NCBI GenBank assembly: GCA_963736005.1
Contig: CAVTNB010000001.1
Coordinates: 192,001 to 256,000, forward strand
DNA: 64,000 nt
From: an uncultured Pseudomonadota bacterium
GTDB lineage: Bacteria > Vulcanimicrobiota > Vulcanimicrobiia > Eremiobacterales > Eremiobacteraceae
Direction: 5' to 3'
Each line of letters starts with the position of its first letter. The first letter of the stretch is position 1. A model generated the notes under the pieces. The model worked only from the letters and a program-made list of their open reading frames with translations, ran no database searches and had not been told where the DNA came from. Shown piece by piece: positions 11,498-21,478 of this stretch. The position numbers and the translations under genes were made by a program.

Positions 11498-12943
11498 ATG
11501 GCAAAAGGCATGGAGAAAAAAGAGGTTCAGCGCATTCCGCGCAAGGCCGACGATCTGTCGGAATGGTACACACAAGTCTGCCTTCAGGCCCAGCTTGCCG
11601 ACTACACGCCCGTGCGCGGCTGCATCGCCATGCGCCCGTACGGCTTTGCCATCTGGGAACTCATCACGGCAGAGTTCGATCGCCGCTTTAAAGCCACCGG
11701 CCACAGCAACGCCTATTTCCCGTTGTTCATCCCAGAGGGGCTTTTTATGCGCGAGGCCGAGCACGTCGAGGGGTTCGCCCCCGAAGTCGCCTTGGTCACC
11801 GAAGGGGGCGGCGAAAAACTCACCGAGCGCTTGGTCATCCGGCCTACATCGGAAGTCATCATTGGAACGCTCTACGCCAAATGGATCCAGTCTCATCGAG
11901 ATCTACCGGTGCTGATCAACCAATGGTCCAACGTGGTGCGCTGGGAAAAGGCAACGCGGCCTTTCCTGCGCACGCTCGAGTTTCTGTGGCAAGAAGGTCA
12001 CACGGCGCATGCAACTCGAGAAGAAGCCGCAGCCGAAGTGCAACAGATGCTCAATATCTACCGCGAGGTTGCGGAGAGTGTGTTAGCTTTACCGGTGATT
12101 AGCGGGCGCAAGAGCGACAACGAAAAGTTTGCGGGTGCCGAAGCAACCTTTGCCATTGAAGCACTGATGCCGGACGGCAAAGCATTGCAGGCCGGCACGT
12201 CGCACGAGCTTGGCCAGAACTTTGCCCGTGCCTACGACATCACGTTTACCGATGCGGACGAGCAGGTCAAACACGTGTGGACGACCTCCTGGGGAGTTTC
12301 GTGGCGGGTGCTTGGTGGTGTCGTCATGGCGCACGGAGACGACAATGGCCTCGTCCTGCCGCCCGCGATTGCACCCCATCAGGTCGTCATCGTTCCCATC
12401 CCGCGCAAGGGTGCCGACGACGTGCTGCCGGCTGCGCAAGAGCTCGCGAGGGAACTTGCGGGCATTTGCAGGGTGCGTTTGGACGATCGTGTGGAGCAAA
12501 GCGCACCGTGGAAGTTCAACGAGTGGGAGTTGCGCGGCGTTCCCATCCGCATTGAGCTCGGAAAACGGGATTTGGACTCGCAGGTCGTCACCGTGGCCCG
12601 GCGCGACACGTTGACCAAGGAGACGATCCCGCGTAACGAGGTCGCCGCCCGCATTCCCAAACTTTTGAGCGACGTCCAACAAGCGCTCTACGAGCGAGCA
12701 CGCGCCGATCGCGACGCGCGCACGACCATCGCGAACGATCGGGAATCGCTCGTGTCGGCACTGCAAGCCCAGCGCGGGTTTGTCTTGGCGCCGTGGTGCG
12801 AGCAAGCATCATGCGAACTCGACATCAAGGCGCAGACCGGCGCTGTCTCCCGCGTGATCGCAGGACCGGCCGATGCGGGGCAGCGTTGCGCGTACTGCGG
12901 TCAGCCGGCAAAGGTCCTCGCCTACTTTGCGCGCTCGTACTAA
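11498..12943 (+). CDS. proS: Proline-tRNA ligase (archaeal/eukaryote-like type)
   Basis: 'EAEHVEGFAPE', 'RPTSE', 'VVRWE...PFLRT.EFLWQEGH', C-terminal 'FARSY'; no editing insertion. Confidence 0.97.
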   Translation: MAKGMEKKEVQRIPRKADDLSEWYTQVCLQAQLADYTPVRGCIAMRPYGFAIWELITAEFDRRFKATGHSNAYFPLFIPEGLFMREAEHVEGFAPEVALVTEGGGEKLTERLVIRPTSEVIIGTLYAKWIQSHRDLPVLINQWSNVVRWEKATRPFLRTLEFLWQEGHTAHATREEAAAEVQQMLNIYREVAESVLALPVISGRKSDNEKFAGAEATFAIEALMPDGKALQAGTSHELGQNFARAYDITFTDADEQVKHVWTTSWGVSWRVLGGVVMAHGDDNGLVLPPAIAPHQVVIVPIPRKGADDVLPAAQELARELAGICRVRLDDRVEQSAPWKFNEWELRGVPIRIELGKRDLDSQVVTVARRDTLTKETIPRNEVAARIPKLLSDVQQALYERARADRDARTTIANDRESLVSALQAQRGFVLAPWCEQASCELDIKAQTGAVSRVIAGPADAGQRCAYCGQPAKVLAYFARSY

Positions 12944-12947
12944 GATC

Positions 12948-13003
12948 TGTAGCAGCGGACTTTTAGGTCCGCTCTTCCACGGGGCGACTTTCCAGTCGTA
13001 CCC
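12948..13003 (+). repeat. Family-A REP followed by a degenerate family-C hairpin
   Basis: TGTAGCAGCGGACTTTTAGGTCCGCT then GGGGCGACTTTCCAGTCGTACCC. Confidence 0.75.
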
Positions 13004-13013
13004 TCCAGGTCAG

Positions 13014-14193
13014 GTGGTATTCATCGCGTTGCTGGTCGTAGCGTTGTGTTGTGCGGCTGCGCGCGCCAACACCGGCGCAATCCTCATGTATCATCACGTC
13101 TCGCCGACCGTCCAACCGGGGCCCTACGCCCGCGCGCTGACGGTGACCCCAGCTGAATTCGAGCAGCAACTCCGATGGCTGCGCGGTCACGGTTGCGAGC
13201 TCGTGACGGTCAAACAGGTGTGGTCGGATACCGTGCACGCGCAGCTCGCTCCGTGCGAGGCTGCGTTGACGTTCGACGACGGTTACGTGGATGTTGCCAC
13301 ATATGCCATGCCTCTGTTGGCGCGCTACGGCGGGCTCGGCACGCTCTACATCGCGACCGGGTTTGTCGGATCGGCGGACCACATGACCGTTGCCAACCTC
13401 CGCGCAGCCAATCTTGCGGGTCTACGAAATTGGCGCTCACACCGTTAACCACGTCGACCTTACAAAACTCTCCTACGCGCGAGCGTATCATGAAATCGAC
13501 GCTTCAGCGGCAGCACTGCGGCTGTGGTTGGGCTCGCCTGTTTCCAGCTTTGCCTATCCTTCAGGAAAATTCGATCGCCAGATTGCCGATGCGGTTCGAG
13601 CGCTGCATTTCGATAACGCTGTGACAACCAATCCCGGTCATCTCGCAGCGAGCGAGAATCCCTACGAGCTGCCACGCTACCGAGTCATGCACGGGCAGGG
13701 CATGCCGCTGCTGGCCCAGGTGTTTCCACAAGCGGCTGGTGCAACCGCGGATTGGGAGGCCACAACCCATGTCGCTCGCGAGCGCATTGCGGGGAACGAC
13801 CTGCAAACCGCAGAAGCCATTGCCGTCGCGCTTCTGGCCCGGAAGTTTCCCGAGCAAATCCTTAAGGTGCACGTAGTTGCAGTGCAGCCGGCCACGGTGG
13901 CCGGCATTGTTCTGTCCGGTGTCAAGTTTCATGCCGTGATGGATCGCAGGCGCTTCGAGCGAGACGTGCAGCAAATGGTTGGCGTGACGTTTTCCGCAGC
14001 GCCGCGGGTCGATGAGGTCGATGTTTGGACGACCGTGCCGATCCAGGTGCATTCTGGAGCGATCGTGTCGGGAGACTACGCAACGCCAACAGCAAAGACG
14101 GTCTTTTCCGCAGCGGTCGTTCGGACGGCGCAAGCGGCGCAAACTGACGGCTGGAATCTCGGCGTCACCTATTGGGATCGGCAATGGCTATGA
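13014..14193 (+). pseudogene. Secreted polysaccharide deacetylase (CE4/NodB) with a C-terminal domain, interrupted by a 1-nt frameshift near 13422-13425
   Basis: First frame carries a signal peptide, 'ILMYHH' and 'TFDDGY'; second frame carries 'EIGAHT.NH', 'FAYPSG', 'LPRY'. Removing one base joins them. Confidence 0.8.
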
Positions 14194-15470
14194 GCGACGA
14201 AACGTACCAAAAAACTCTGTTGGGCAACGGCATCCGCGTCATCACCGAACACATTCCGTTCATTCGCAGTGCGGCGATCGGCGTGTGGGTTGGCGTCGGC
14301 TCCTCCCACGAAGAAGCCCCCATTCGCGGCATTAGTCATCTCATCGAGCATATGCTCTTCAAAGGAACGCCGACAAGGAGCGCGCGCCAAATCGCCGAGA
14401 CGATGGACTCCGTCGGTGGTCACCTCAATGCTTTTACTGACAAGGAAGTGACCTGTTATCACGCGCGCGTGGTGGACGTGCACTCCGAGCTCGCGATGCG
14501 CGTGCTCGCCGATATGTTCTTGCATGCCAAGTTTGACCCGGTCGATCTGCGCAACGAACAACAGGTGATCTTGGAAGAGATTCGGATGTACGATGACTCG
14601 CCCGACGAAATCAGTCAAGATCTCTTCATGCGCTCGGTGTGGGCAGGCAGCTCGCTCGGCGAGCCGACCATCGGCTATGCCGAGACGGTGTCGGCTATCA
14701 ATCGCGACTTGATCACGCAGTACATGCGCGCCCGCTACACGCCGGATCGGGTCGTTGTGACGGCCGCCGGCAATGTCGACCACGCAGCCTTCGTCACCTT
14801 GACGCAAGAATTACTAGGCTCCATGCAGGGAAGGTTTGACGGCGTCGATCCGCCCGCACCCACATTTCGCCCGACTGTGACCGGCAAACACAAAGACTGC
14901 GAGCAGGTGTACGTGCTGGTTGGCGCCGAGGGAACGAGCGCGAGCGATGACGTGCGCTACCCGCTGTCCGTGCTCGACGCGATCTTGGGCGGCGGCATGG
15001 CGTCACGGCTGTTCCAGGAGATCCGCGAGAAACGCGGCCTCGTGTACAGCGTGTTTTCGTCGCACAATCCGTATCGCAGCGGCGGCATCTTTAGCATTTC
15101 GGCCTCCACAAGTCCGAAGAACGCACAAGAAGTGGTGTCGCTGGTTCGTTCCGAGCTTGCACACCTCGTGGAGGAGGGCGTGTTGCCGGACGAACTCTCA
15201 CGGGCCAAAGAGCACATTAAAGGAACCATGCTGCTGTCGCTCGAGAGCACGAGCACCCGCATGATCCGTCTCGGCCGAACCGAATTGAATTTGGGGCGCC
15301 ACGTGTCACCCGCTGAAGTGATCGCGCGTATCGACGCGGTGACCAAAGAGGAGGTTGACGAAGCAGCGCGACGGATATTCGCGCCGCAGCGACTGGCCCT
15401 GACCGTTCTCGGGCCGGTCGATCCGCAAGCCATCGTGAGCGCGTTCGAATCGCTGGCAAAGTCCGCTTGA
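14190..15470 (+). CDS. M16 family (pitrilysin-like) zinc peptidase
   Basis: Inverted zinc motif HLIEH, 'NAFT.KE', 'SRLFQEIREKRGLVYSV'. Confidence 0.95.
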   Translation: MSDETYQKTLLGNGIRVITEHIPFIRSAAIGVWVGVGSSHEEAPIRGISHLIEHMLFKGTPTRSARQIAETMDSVGGHLNAFTDKEVTCYHARVVDVHSELAMRVLADMFLHAKFDPVDLRNEQQVILEEIRMYDDSPDEISQDLFMRSVWAGSSLGEPTIGYAETVSAINRDLITQYMRARYTPDRVVVTAAGNVDHAAFVTLTQELLGSMQGRFDGVDPPAPTFRPTVTGKHKDCEQVYVLVGAEGTSASDDVRYPLSVLDAILGGGMASRLFQEIREKRGLVYSVFSSHNPYRSGGIFSISASTSPKNAQEVVSLVRSELAHLVEEGVLPDELSRAKEHIKGTMLLSLESTSTRMIRLGRTELNLGRHVSPAEVIARIDAVTKEEVDEAARRIFAPQRLALTVLGPVDPQAIVSAFESLAKSA

Positions 15471-15495
15471 GGCGCGAGCGCCGCGCGCACAACGC

Positions 15496-16317
15496 ATGAC
15501 GGCATATCTCGTCGTCGCCGCGGTCCTGTATCTCTTTGCGCAAGCGCTCCAAATGGGTACCGGCGCGGCCCGGCTTGCGGGTGTCCGCAGCAAACGCGTC
15601 GCCACCGGCTTGACGCTCTTCAATCTTTTTGCGACCAGCTCGCGCATGCTCAATCTGATCTACGCGCCGCTCATGGGCGCGCTGATCGATATCTCGCGAC
15701 ACTTGGGAGACGTGAGCGGCTTCGAGCGAGATTTGCGGGTCATCATCGCAGCCGCAACGCTGGGGTCAATCCTCGGCGGCGCGCTGACCCCAACCTTCGC
15801 GGTCCTCTTGCAGCGCGGCATTGCATCATTCGAACGGTCGGGCTCGCTCGTCGGATCGATTGCCAGGCTCGCCCGCCCCACGACGTTTGCTTCGGCTCTG
15901 GCAGAATTTCGTTCGCCGCGGGCAGCAATGCTTCGCTACAGCCCAGCGGGTTTGCCAAAAGCATTCTTATTTTGGAATGTCATCGTTATGGCATTTTGGG
16001 TAGCAGGCCCGCTGTCGGCGTTCTACGCAGGGGTAATCGATGCCAAAGTGACGGGGACGGCGCTTTTGCTGTCTGGTCTCATTACCGGCGTGGCGACCGT
16101 GACGCTGACCCTCATCGTCGATCCGACGGCCGCGGTTATTACCGACCAGGCTGCATTGGGTATGCGGCCCGAATCCGATATCAAAGCAATGCTTCTCTAT
16201 CTCGTGCTGGGCGCGATTGCCGGCACCCTACTGGCGCAACTCGTGTTGTGGCCGGCGGCGCATCTCATCGTGATCGTTGCGAGGTTCTTAGTGAATCATG
16301 GTTTGCAACATGGTTAA
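15496..16317 (+). CDS. Lipid II flippase Amj / DUF2837 family protein
   Basis: 'RLAGVRSKRVA..L.LFN...SR', 'LSGLI.GVAT..L...VDP..A.ITD' resemble the Amj family. Confidence 0.75.
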   Translation: MTAYLVVAAVLYLFAQALQMGTGAARLAGVRSKRVATGLTLFNLFATSSRMLNLIYAPLMGALIDISRHLGDVSGFERDLRVIIAAATLGSILGGALTPTFAVLLQRGIASFERSGSLVGSIARLARPTTFASALAEFRSPRAAMLRYSPAGLPKAFLFWNVIVMAFWVAGPLSAFYAGVIDAKVTGTALLLSGLITGVATVTLTLIVDPTAAVITDQAALGMRPESDIKAMLLYLVLGAIAGTLLAQLVLWPAAHLIVIVARFLVNHGLQHG

Positions 16318-16963
16318 GCGGATCGTTATCGTCTGCGCCGTGCTGTGTGCAGCCTTTTCAAGCGGCTGTGCCGGCCCCATCACACACTGGATGGTGAACT
16401 TGCGCAATTCGCAAGGCGACGCCGCGCTTGTGCGACCGACGTTGCCGGAGGCGGAAAAAGAATATCGTCTCGCGCTCGCCCTCGACCCCAAAAACGCACA
16501 CGCTCGCGCGGGTTTGGCGAAGGTCCTCTACTTGCGAGCAAAATTAGATTTCACCCAAAGCATGCTGGATGAGGCAGCCGACGAAATCGCGCAGTCCCTC
16601 AAATACGCTCCCGACGATGCCACGGCGCTCGCCTTGTCAAACGATATCGGCCAGGCCAAGATTCGGCGAGAGATCGTGATTTCGAACTACCCGCTCTACG
16701 GTTCGATCAACGCCGCCCTCGCTCCAACGTTTAAGTCGATCAGCGAGAGCAGCAAGGCGATTCAAAAAGAAGTAAAAGCGTTTTCGAGTGATTTCGACAC
16801 GACGCATCTCACCAGGGCCATCGTTGGCTCGTACGACCTCGAAGATGAAGTCCACAGAATGAGCCAGCGCTTGATTACCTACCGGGGCTATGTGACCTCA
16901 GGTCAGGTCAAGTCGGCGACGTCAACGCAATCCACCGCCCCGTCTCTGTTGCCCGTCCCCTAA
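16310..16963 (+). CDS. TPR-containing putative lipoprotein
   Basis: Signal peptide ending in 'SSGC'; TPR 'AEKEYRLALALDPKNAHARAGLA'. Confidence 0.8.
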   Translation: MVKRIVIVCAVLCAAFSSGCAGPITHWMVNLRNSQGDAALVRPTLPEAEKEYRLALALDPKNAHARAGLAKVLYLRAKLDFTQSMLDEAADEIAQSLKYAPDDATALALSNDIGQAKIRREIVISNYPLYGSINAALAPTFKSISESSKAIQKEVKAFSSDFDTTHLTRAIVGSYDLEDEVHRMSQRLITYRGYVTSGQVKSATSTQSTAPSLLPVP

Positions 16964-16971
16964 TGTCGTCA

Positions 16972-17066
16972 CGCGAATGTATTCGCGCGGTCGCCAAAAA
17001 ACATCGCGAATAAATTCGCGACACTACAGGTGCCGCTTTTGTAGGGGGCGATTGGAAAATCGCCCC
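16972..17066. repeat. REP cluster between convergent genes (two family-B hairpins and one family-D hairpin)
   Basis: CGCGAATGTATTCGCG; reverse-strand GTAGTGTCGCGAATTTATTCGCGA (17004-17027); GTAGGGGGCGATTGGAAAATCGCCCC (17041-17066). Confidence 0.8.
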
Positions 17067-18547
17067 TCCGTCCGCGCGTTTGCGAAGTGGCGAAAGTCAT
17101 AGATCTGCCAGCCCGAGTGGACGGGCACTCGGCGGTAGCGTTGCATGAATGCATACAGCTCATGATTGGCTCGAAAGCGCGGCACCTCGACGGCGACAAA
17201 ATATCGAGCACCCTTTGCGATGGCGCTCGTCATGTCGTGGACGTTCCAAACGAGCACATCCTCTTCCCAACCGCGATGACCAATCGTGTACAGCACCGCC
17301 GGGTCGTAATGGCCCAAAACGATGAGCGACCCCGGCTCGAGCGATTGGCTCACCTCGGTTGCGGCCGCGTACACGTTGCGGCTCCACGTGTAATAAGGAT
17401 GAATCTCGAGCATGTTCGTGTACACGGCAAGAAAAAGCGCGAGGCCAAGGCCGAACTTGGCACCCACCGGGAAAGGCTGCGGCGCGACGCGTTCGAGGAT
17501 ATAGTCGAGCGCGCCAGCCGCATAGAGCACCGCAAAGAGTGCAAACGGGAGGAGATAGTAATCGACCCTCTCGACATTGACGACGACGAACAGGTAGGCC
17601 GCCAGTACGGCGAACCACGATCCAAAAAAAACCGAGCGCATGCCGCCACATGGATCGGGCGGCTGCGTAAACGCCGCCAGCAACAGGAGCGAAAAAAGCA
17701 CCGGGCCGAGGACGGTCGAGGCAAGCATCTTCAGCAGCGCGAAGGCGCTCTGGAGCGCAGCAAGCAGGGCGGTTGGTCCACCCAGATCGGCCTTCAGCGC
17801 CGGCAACACGTGTTTTGCGGTAATGCCCGTGACCCAATGCCATTCGGCGATTGCCTGGAGGTGCGAGAAGTAGAGTCCAAACGGAAGAAAAACCGCAGCG
17901 AGCAACACGTAGTTGGACCAATCCAGCAATGCCCGCGCTTTCATTTTCCAGATGGCGATCGTCAGCATGGGGACCAAGATGAGGAGTGCGGGAGGCTTGG
18001 CGAGTGCGGCTAGCGCCGTGCAAACGCAAGCGAGCGCCAAGTCACCGATCGTGCGGCGCGTGCTAAAGCGCCACCAAAAAAAGAGACCACCAGCGCTAAA
18101 AAAGAGCATGGCACTTTCCGGGATGATGGCTCGTCCATAGTACACAAGGCCGGGTGCGATGGCGTAGAGCAGGGCGGCAAGAAGTCCGGCGCGGCGGGAA
18201 TATATCTCGCGTCCAAGAGCGTAGACGAATGGAATCGTCGCAATCGAAAAACCGAGCACGAGCAATCGTAAAAAGATTTCGTGCACCCCGAAGATGCGAT
18301 ACAGCTGGGCCGCGGCAAAAGGCACGATTTGCAATTCGAGCTCGACGTAGTTAGGAGGCGGGCCGTCGTAGTCGGTCTGGGGGTAGAAAATATTGTTGCG
18401 CAGCTCGTAGAAGTTGCGCGCAATTGCGGCACCATCACCTTGACGCCAGGCTGGATGGTCCAAAATGGGATCGTGAAGATGATACAGGCGAAGCGCCAGA
18501 GCGAGCAAGACGACGAGCGCAAGCGCGAGCGCGTGCGCGTTTTTCAC
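17024..18547 (-). CDS. GT-C fold glycosyltransferase (ArnT-like, 'WRQ.D...IARNF' subgroup)
   Basis: 'WRQGDGAAIARNFY', multi-TM; GTG start overlaps the GtrA stop. Confidence 0.85.
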   Translation of the reverse strand: MKNAHALALALVVLLALALRLYHLHDPILDHPAWRQGDGAAIARNFYELRNNIFYPQTDYDGPPPNYVELELQIVPFAAAQLYRIFGVHEIFLRLLVLGFSIATIPFVYALGREIYSRRAGLLAALLYAIAPGLVYYGRAIIPESAMLFFSAGGLFFWWRFSTRRTIGDLALACVCTALAALAKPPALLILVPMLTIAIWKMKARALLDWSNYVLLAAVFLPFGLYFSHLQAIAEWHWVTGITAKHVLPALKADLGGPTALLAALQSAFALLKMLASTVLGPVLFSLLLLAAFTQPPDPCGGMRSVFFGSWFAVLAAYLFVVVNVERVDYYLLPFALFAVLYAAGALDYILERVAPQPFPVGAKFGLGLALFLAVYTNMLEIHPYYTWSRNVYAAATEVSQSLEPGSLIVLGHYDPAVLYTIGHRGWEEDVLVWNVHDMTSAIAKGARYFVAVEVPRFRANHELYAFMQRYRRVPVHSGWQIYDFRHFANARTEGRFSNRPLQKRHL

Positions 18548-18987
18548 GTTTTTGGATCGATTGCAGGCTGGTGGTGGGTGTGGCGAAACGTCCAATACTT
18601 GTTGACGAAAAAGTTGACGCCCATCCCGCCGACGGTGCCGCACAACCAGATAAGTGAGTTGCGCAGATGGAAGGCGGGGAGATAGCGATCGAGCAGACCG
18701 GTAATGACGATGCCCAGGAGCAGGGCCATACCGGACACGGTCAAGAACTGCGCAAGCTCCTTGCCCATGTGGCCCTTTGATCGGAATGTCCAATGCCTGT
18801 TCCAAAAGTAATTGTTGACGCCGCCTGCGATGAAGCCGATTGAAAACGCGAGCTTCAGATCGAAATGGATGTGCAAGAGCGCGTGATAGATGACAAAACT
18901 GATGACCGCACCCGACGCGCCCACGACGCCAAACTTCAGAAATTGCCTCAAACCTCGGCGCATGGTAAAGGTACCTTGGCTGCTCAT
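18544..18987 (-). CDS. GtrA-family polyprenyl-phosphate-sugar flippase
   Basis: 'RQFLKFGVVG', 'NYFWNRHWTF', 'NFFVNKYWTF'. Confidence 0.92.
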   Translation of the reverse strand: MSSQGTFTMRRGLRQFLKFGVVGASGAVISFVIYHALLHIHFDLKLAFSIGFIAGGVNNYFWNRHWTFRSKGHMGKELAQFLTVSGMALLLGIVITGLLDRYLPAFHLRNSLIWLCGTVGGMGVNFFVNKYWTFRHTHHQPAIDPKT

Positions 18988-20552
18988 GCCAGCCAATACC
19001 AATCGGCGAAGAGCACGGCAAACAACCCAAGCAGGGGCAGCGAGAGCGCGACGATCGCGGAATTGACCAGCGGATTGCGTCCCCACAGCGCCATCAGCAT
19101 GAACGCCGGAAAAATAACCAGCACGAACCGCGGCATGCTCATCAAGCTCGCGGTACACATCGGAACCAGCAGCGAGGCGGCAAAATACCACGAGTATGAC
19201 GGACGCAACGTCCGGAACGCCACGACCATGAGCGCCAAGAAAGCAAAAGTGAAGGCAAGCTCGATCATGTGATTGACCGAACCGCTTGACGCGAGCGGAT
19301 TCTTGGCAATTTCACTGATCGTATTCACGATGCTCACCCACGGCGGCGCGAGATGACGATGCCAATTGTCTTGCACTTTGAGAAAGTAGAGTGGATCGCC
19401 CACGAGCGCGTAGAGGTACGCCATATACGCGAGCAACCCCGTGGGCACGAGCAGCACGCCGATAACACCGCGCGTGAGCGTCGTACCCCGCCGCTCGCGC
19501 CAGCCCCGCCACGCCTCGTAGGCAAGCGGGATCGCCGTCAGCATGCCCTCGACTCTGGTCAGAGATGCGAGTGCACCGAAGACGCCTGCCGTGATGTAAT
19601 TTCCGTGTCTCGCGTAGTAGACGGATGCAACCGTGAGCGCGAGGAAGAGCGACTCGGTGTAGACGGCGGAGAAGAAGATCGCCGTTGGAAAGATTGCCAC
19701 GTAGAAGATGGCGTGGTAGGCGACCGTATCGTCGCCGTACTCGAGCCGCACGAGCGCGTACAAGAAAGCGAGCGCGATAAAAAATGAGAGGTTCGAGATG
19801 ATGAGACCGGCAGTCAAATGATTGCCGATCAAGCCCCCCAGAATGTGAATGAGGAACGGATAGAGCGGAAAGAAGGCCATCTCCGTTCCTTGATAGCCGT
19901 TCGTAGCGATGTTGAGGTAGTGCTGCGCGTCCCAACGCCCCCACACGTTTAACCAGACGCTGTGTGACGCCACAAAGTGTGCGCCTTGACGCTGGCCGAT
20001 GACGACCGCGGCAAGCGGAGCGATGACGATCAAGGGCAGGCGCGTTGCGACGAATGCAGTCGATACGTGGTGTACCATTGGATAGTAGCGGCCAAGCACG
20101 CCGACCTTGATCGCGACCGATACAAGGATGATTGCCCCCGCCATTGCCGCGGCCGTCGAGAGCGTGGCGGGCATGAGCGCGATGTACGCCCACAAACCCA
20201 AAAATGGCACATAACTCCACGCATCGGCCTTGAGCATGTCCTCTAGCGAGACGTTGCACGCCCAACTGATCCAGCGGGAATATGCATACCACCCCACGAG
20301 TGCCAAGAGCACGCCGCCAACCGAGGCGAGGACGAGCACCAGGTTGGAAAGGAGCAAGGACATGCGGGTGTGCGTCGCCAGCAAATACCAGACGAAAATT
20401 CCGACGGAAAGACCCGCGATGGCAGTGAGGATGAAGCCTGGCCGCGCGCTTCGGGGTAGGAGAAGAACGGGTCGGTTGAGGCTGACTTCCTCGTTGATTC
20501 CGGGCGTCGTAAGAGCGGCGTCCACGACATTTCGCGTTCGCCGTTCCGCCAT
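18984..20552 (-). CDS. PIG-V-like mannosyltransferase (GT-C)
   Basis: 'RWDAQHYLNIA..GY', 'AFFPLYP', 'YTESLF', 'SMPRF..VIFP'. Confidence 0.88.
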   Translation of the reverse strand: MAERRTRNVVDAALTTPGINEEVSLNRPVLLLPRSARPGFILTAIAGLSVGIFVWYLLATHTRMSLLLSNLVLVLASVGGVLLALVGWYAYSRWISWACNVSLEDMLKADAWSYVPFLGLWAYIALMPATLSTAAAMAGAIILVSVAIKVGVLGRYYPMVHHVSTAFVATRLPLIVIAPLAAVVIGQRQGAHFVASHSVWLNVWGRWDAQHYLNIATNGYQGTEMAFFPLYPFLIHILGGLIGNHLTAGLIISNLSFFIALAFLYALVRLEYGDDTVAYHAIFYVAIFPTAIFFSAVYTESLFLALTVASVYYARHGNYITAGVFGALASLTRVEGMLTAIPLAYEAWRGWRERRGTTLTRGVIGVLLVPTGLLAYMAYLYALVGDPLYFLKVQDNWHRHLAPPWVSIVNTISEIAKNPLASSGSVNHMIELAFTFAFLALMVVAFRTLRPSYSWYFAASLLVPMCTASLMSMPRFVLVIFPAFMLMALWGRNPLVNSAIVALSLPLLGLFAVLFADWYWLA

Positions 20553-20610
20553 ATGGCCCTCTCATCGCGGCGTATCGAGGGATTGACAGCGTGTTGGAAA
20601 AGTTGCGTGG

Positions 20611-21465
20611 ATGCACCCTACAGGCGGTGCCGCAGCGCTTCTCACATGCATGCTCGGCTTTGTGGCCGCGTTCGCTAGTTTGCCGGCAATCGCAGATTCG
20701 CCCGACACGCAAACCGGCGTGTTCGTTTCGTACAGCGCGTCGGCAACCGGTCCCACGATCACCGTGCAGCAGAGCGATCGCCTGCGAGTCTATGTCGTCG
20801 ATTCGAACGTTGCCGTACGCGAGCGCGAAAGCGCAGGGCAATGGCAATCAATTTCATTTGCCAATCTCGCTCAAGGGGAACCGGTGACCATGCATCTGAC
20901 GCCGGCGGGGTTTGTGTCGCAAGTGGATGCAGAGTACACACTCGTGCTCGCGCGTTTGGTCACCTACAACAATGGCTACGTGGTAACGACCTCGGGCATC
21001 GCGTACAAACTCGTCGGGCCGGCGGCGAGCATTGCCGCGCCGACCGACCTTGGGACTTTTCTGAGATTGCGCGTCGATCCTCAGAACAACACGGCGTTTG
21101 ACCTCGCGGCTTCGAAACAACCGTTCGCGGGTGGTCCGCTCGCCGCACCTGTGTCGGTGACGTTTATTGTGACTGTGCCCAGCAACACGCCGCCAAGCGA
21201 CATCATCTACCTTGCCTCTGACGCGAGCAGCTGGATTCCCAATGGCGTGCGCATGTCGCCCCTGTCGGCGAACCGGTGGACTGCGACGCTGACGATCGGT
21301 CAGGGTTCCTCACTGAAATACAAGTACACCCGCGGTTCTTGGCCCACGGCTGAGAGCAATCAGAGCGGCATCGAAATTCCCAACCGAAGTCTCGTGGTTA
21401 CAAAATCGGGTACAGGGCAAACGGTGCAAGACGCCGTGGCGCGCTGGTCCGATCTTCCTTCATAA
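20611..21465 (+). CDS. Exported protein with a C-terminal CBM20-like starch-binding domain
   Basis: Signal peptide; 'VTFIVTVP.NTP..D.IYLA', 'YKYTRGSW...E', 'NR', 'D.V.RW'. Confidence 0.8.
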   Translation: MHPTGGAAALLTCMLGFVAAFASLPAIADSPDTQTGVFVSYSASATGPTITVQQSDRLRVYVVDSNVAVRERESAGQWQSISFANLAQGEPVTMHLTPAGFVSQVDAEYTLVLARLVTYNNGYVVTTSGIAYKLVGPAASIAAPTDLGTFLRLRVDPQNNTAFDLAASKQPFAGGPLAAPVSVTFIVTVPSNTPPSDIIYLASDASSWIPNGVRMSPLSANRWTATLTIGQGSSLKYKYTRGSWPTAESNQSGIEIPNRSLVVTKSGTGQTVQDAVARWSDLPS

Positions 21466-21478
21466 AGGAGACGCATCC

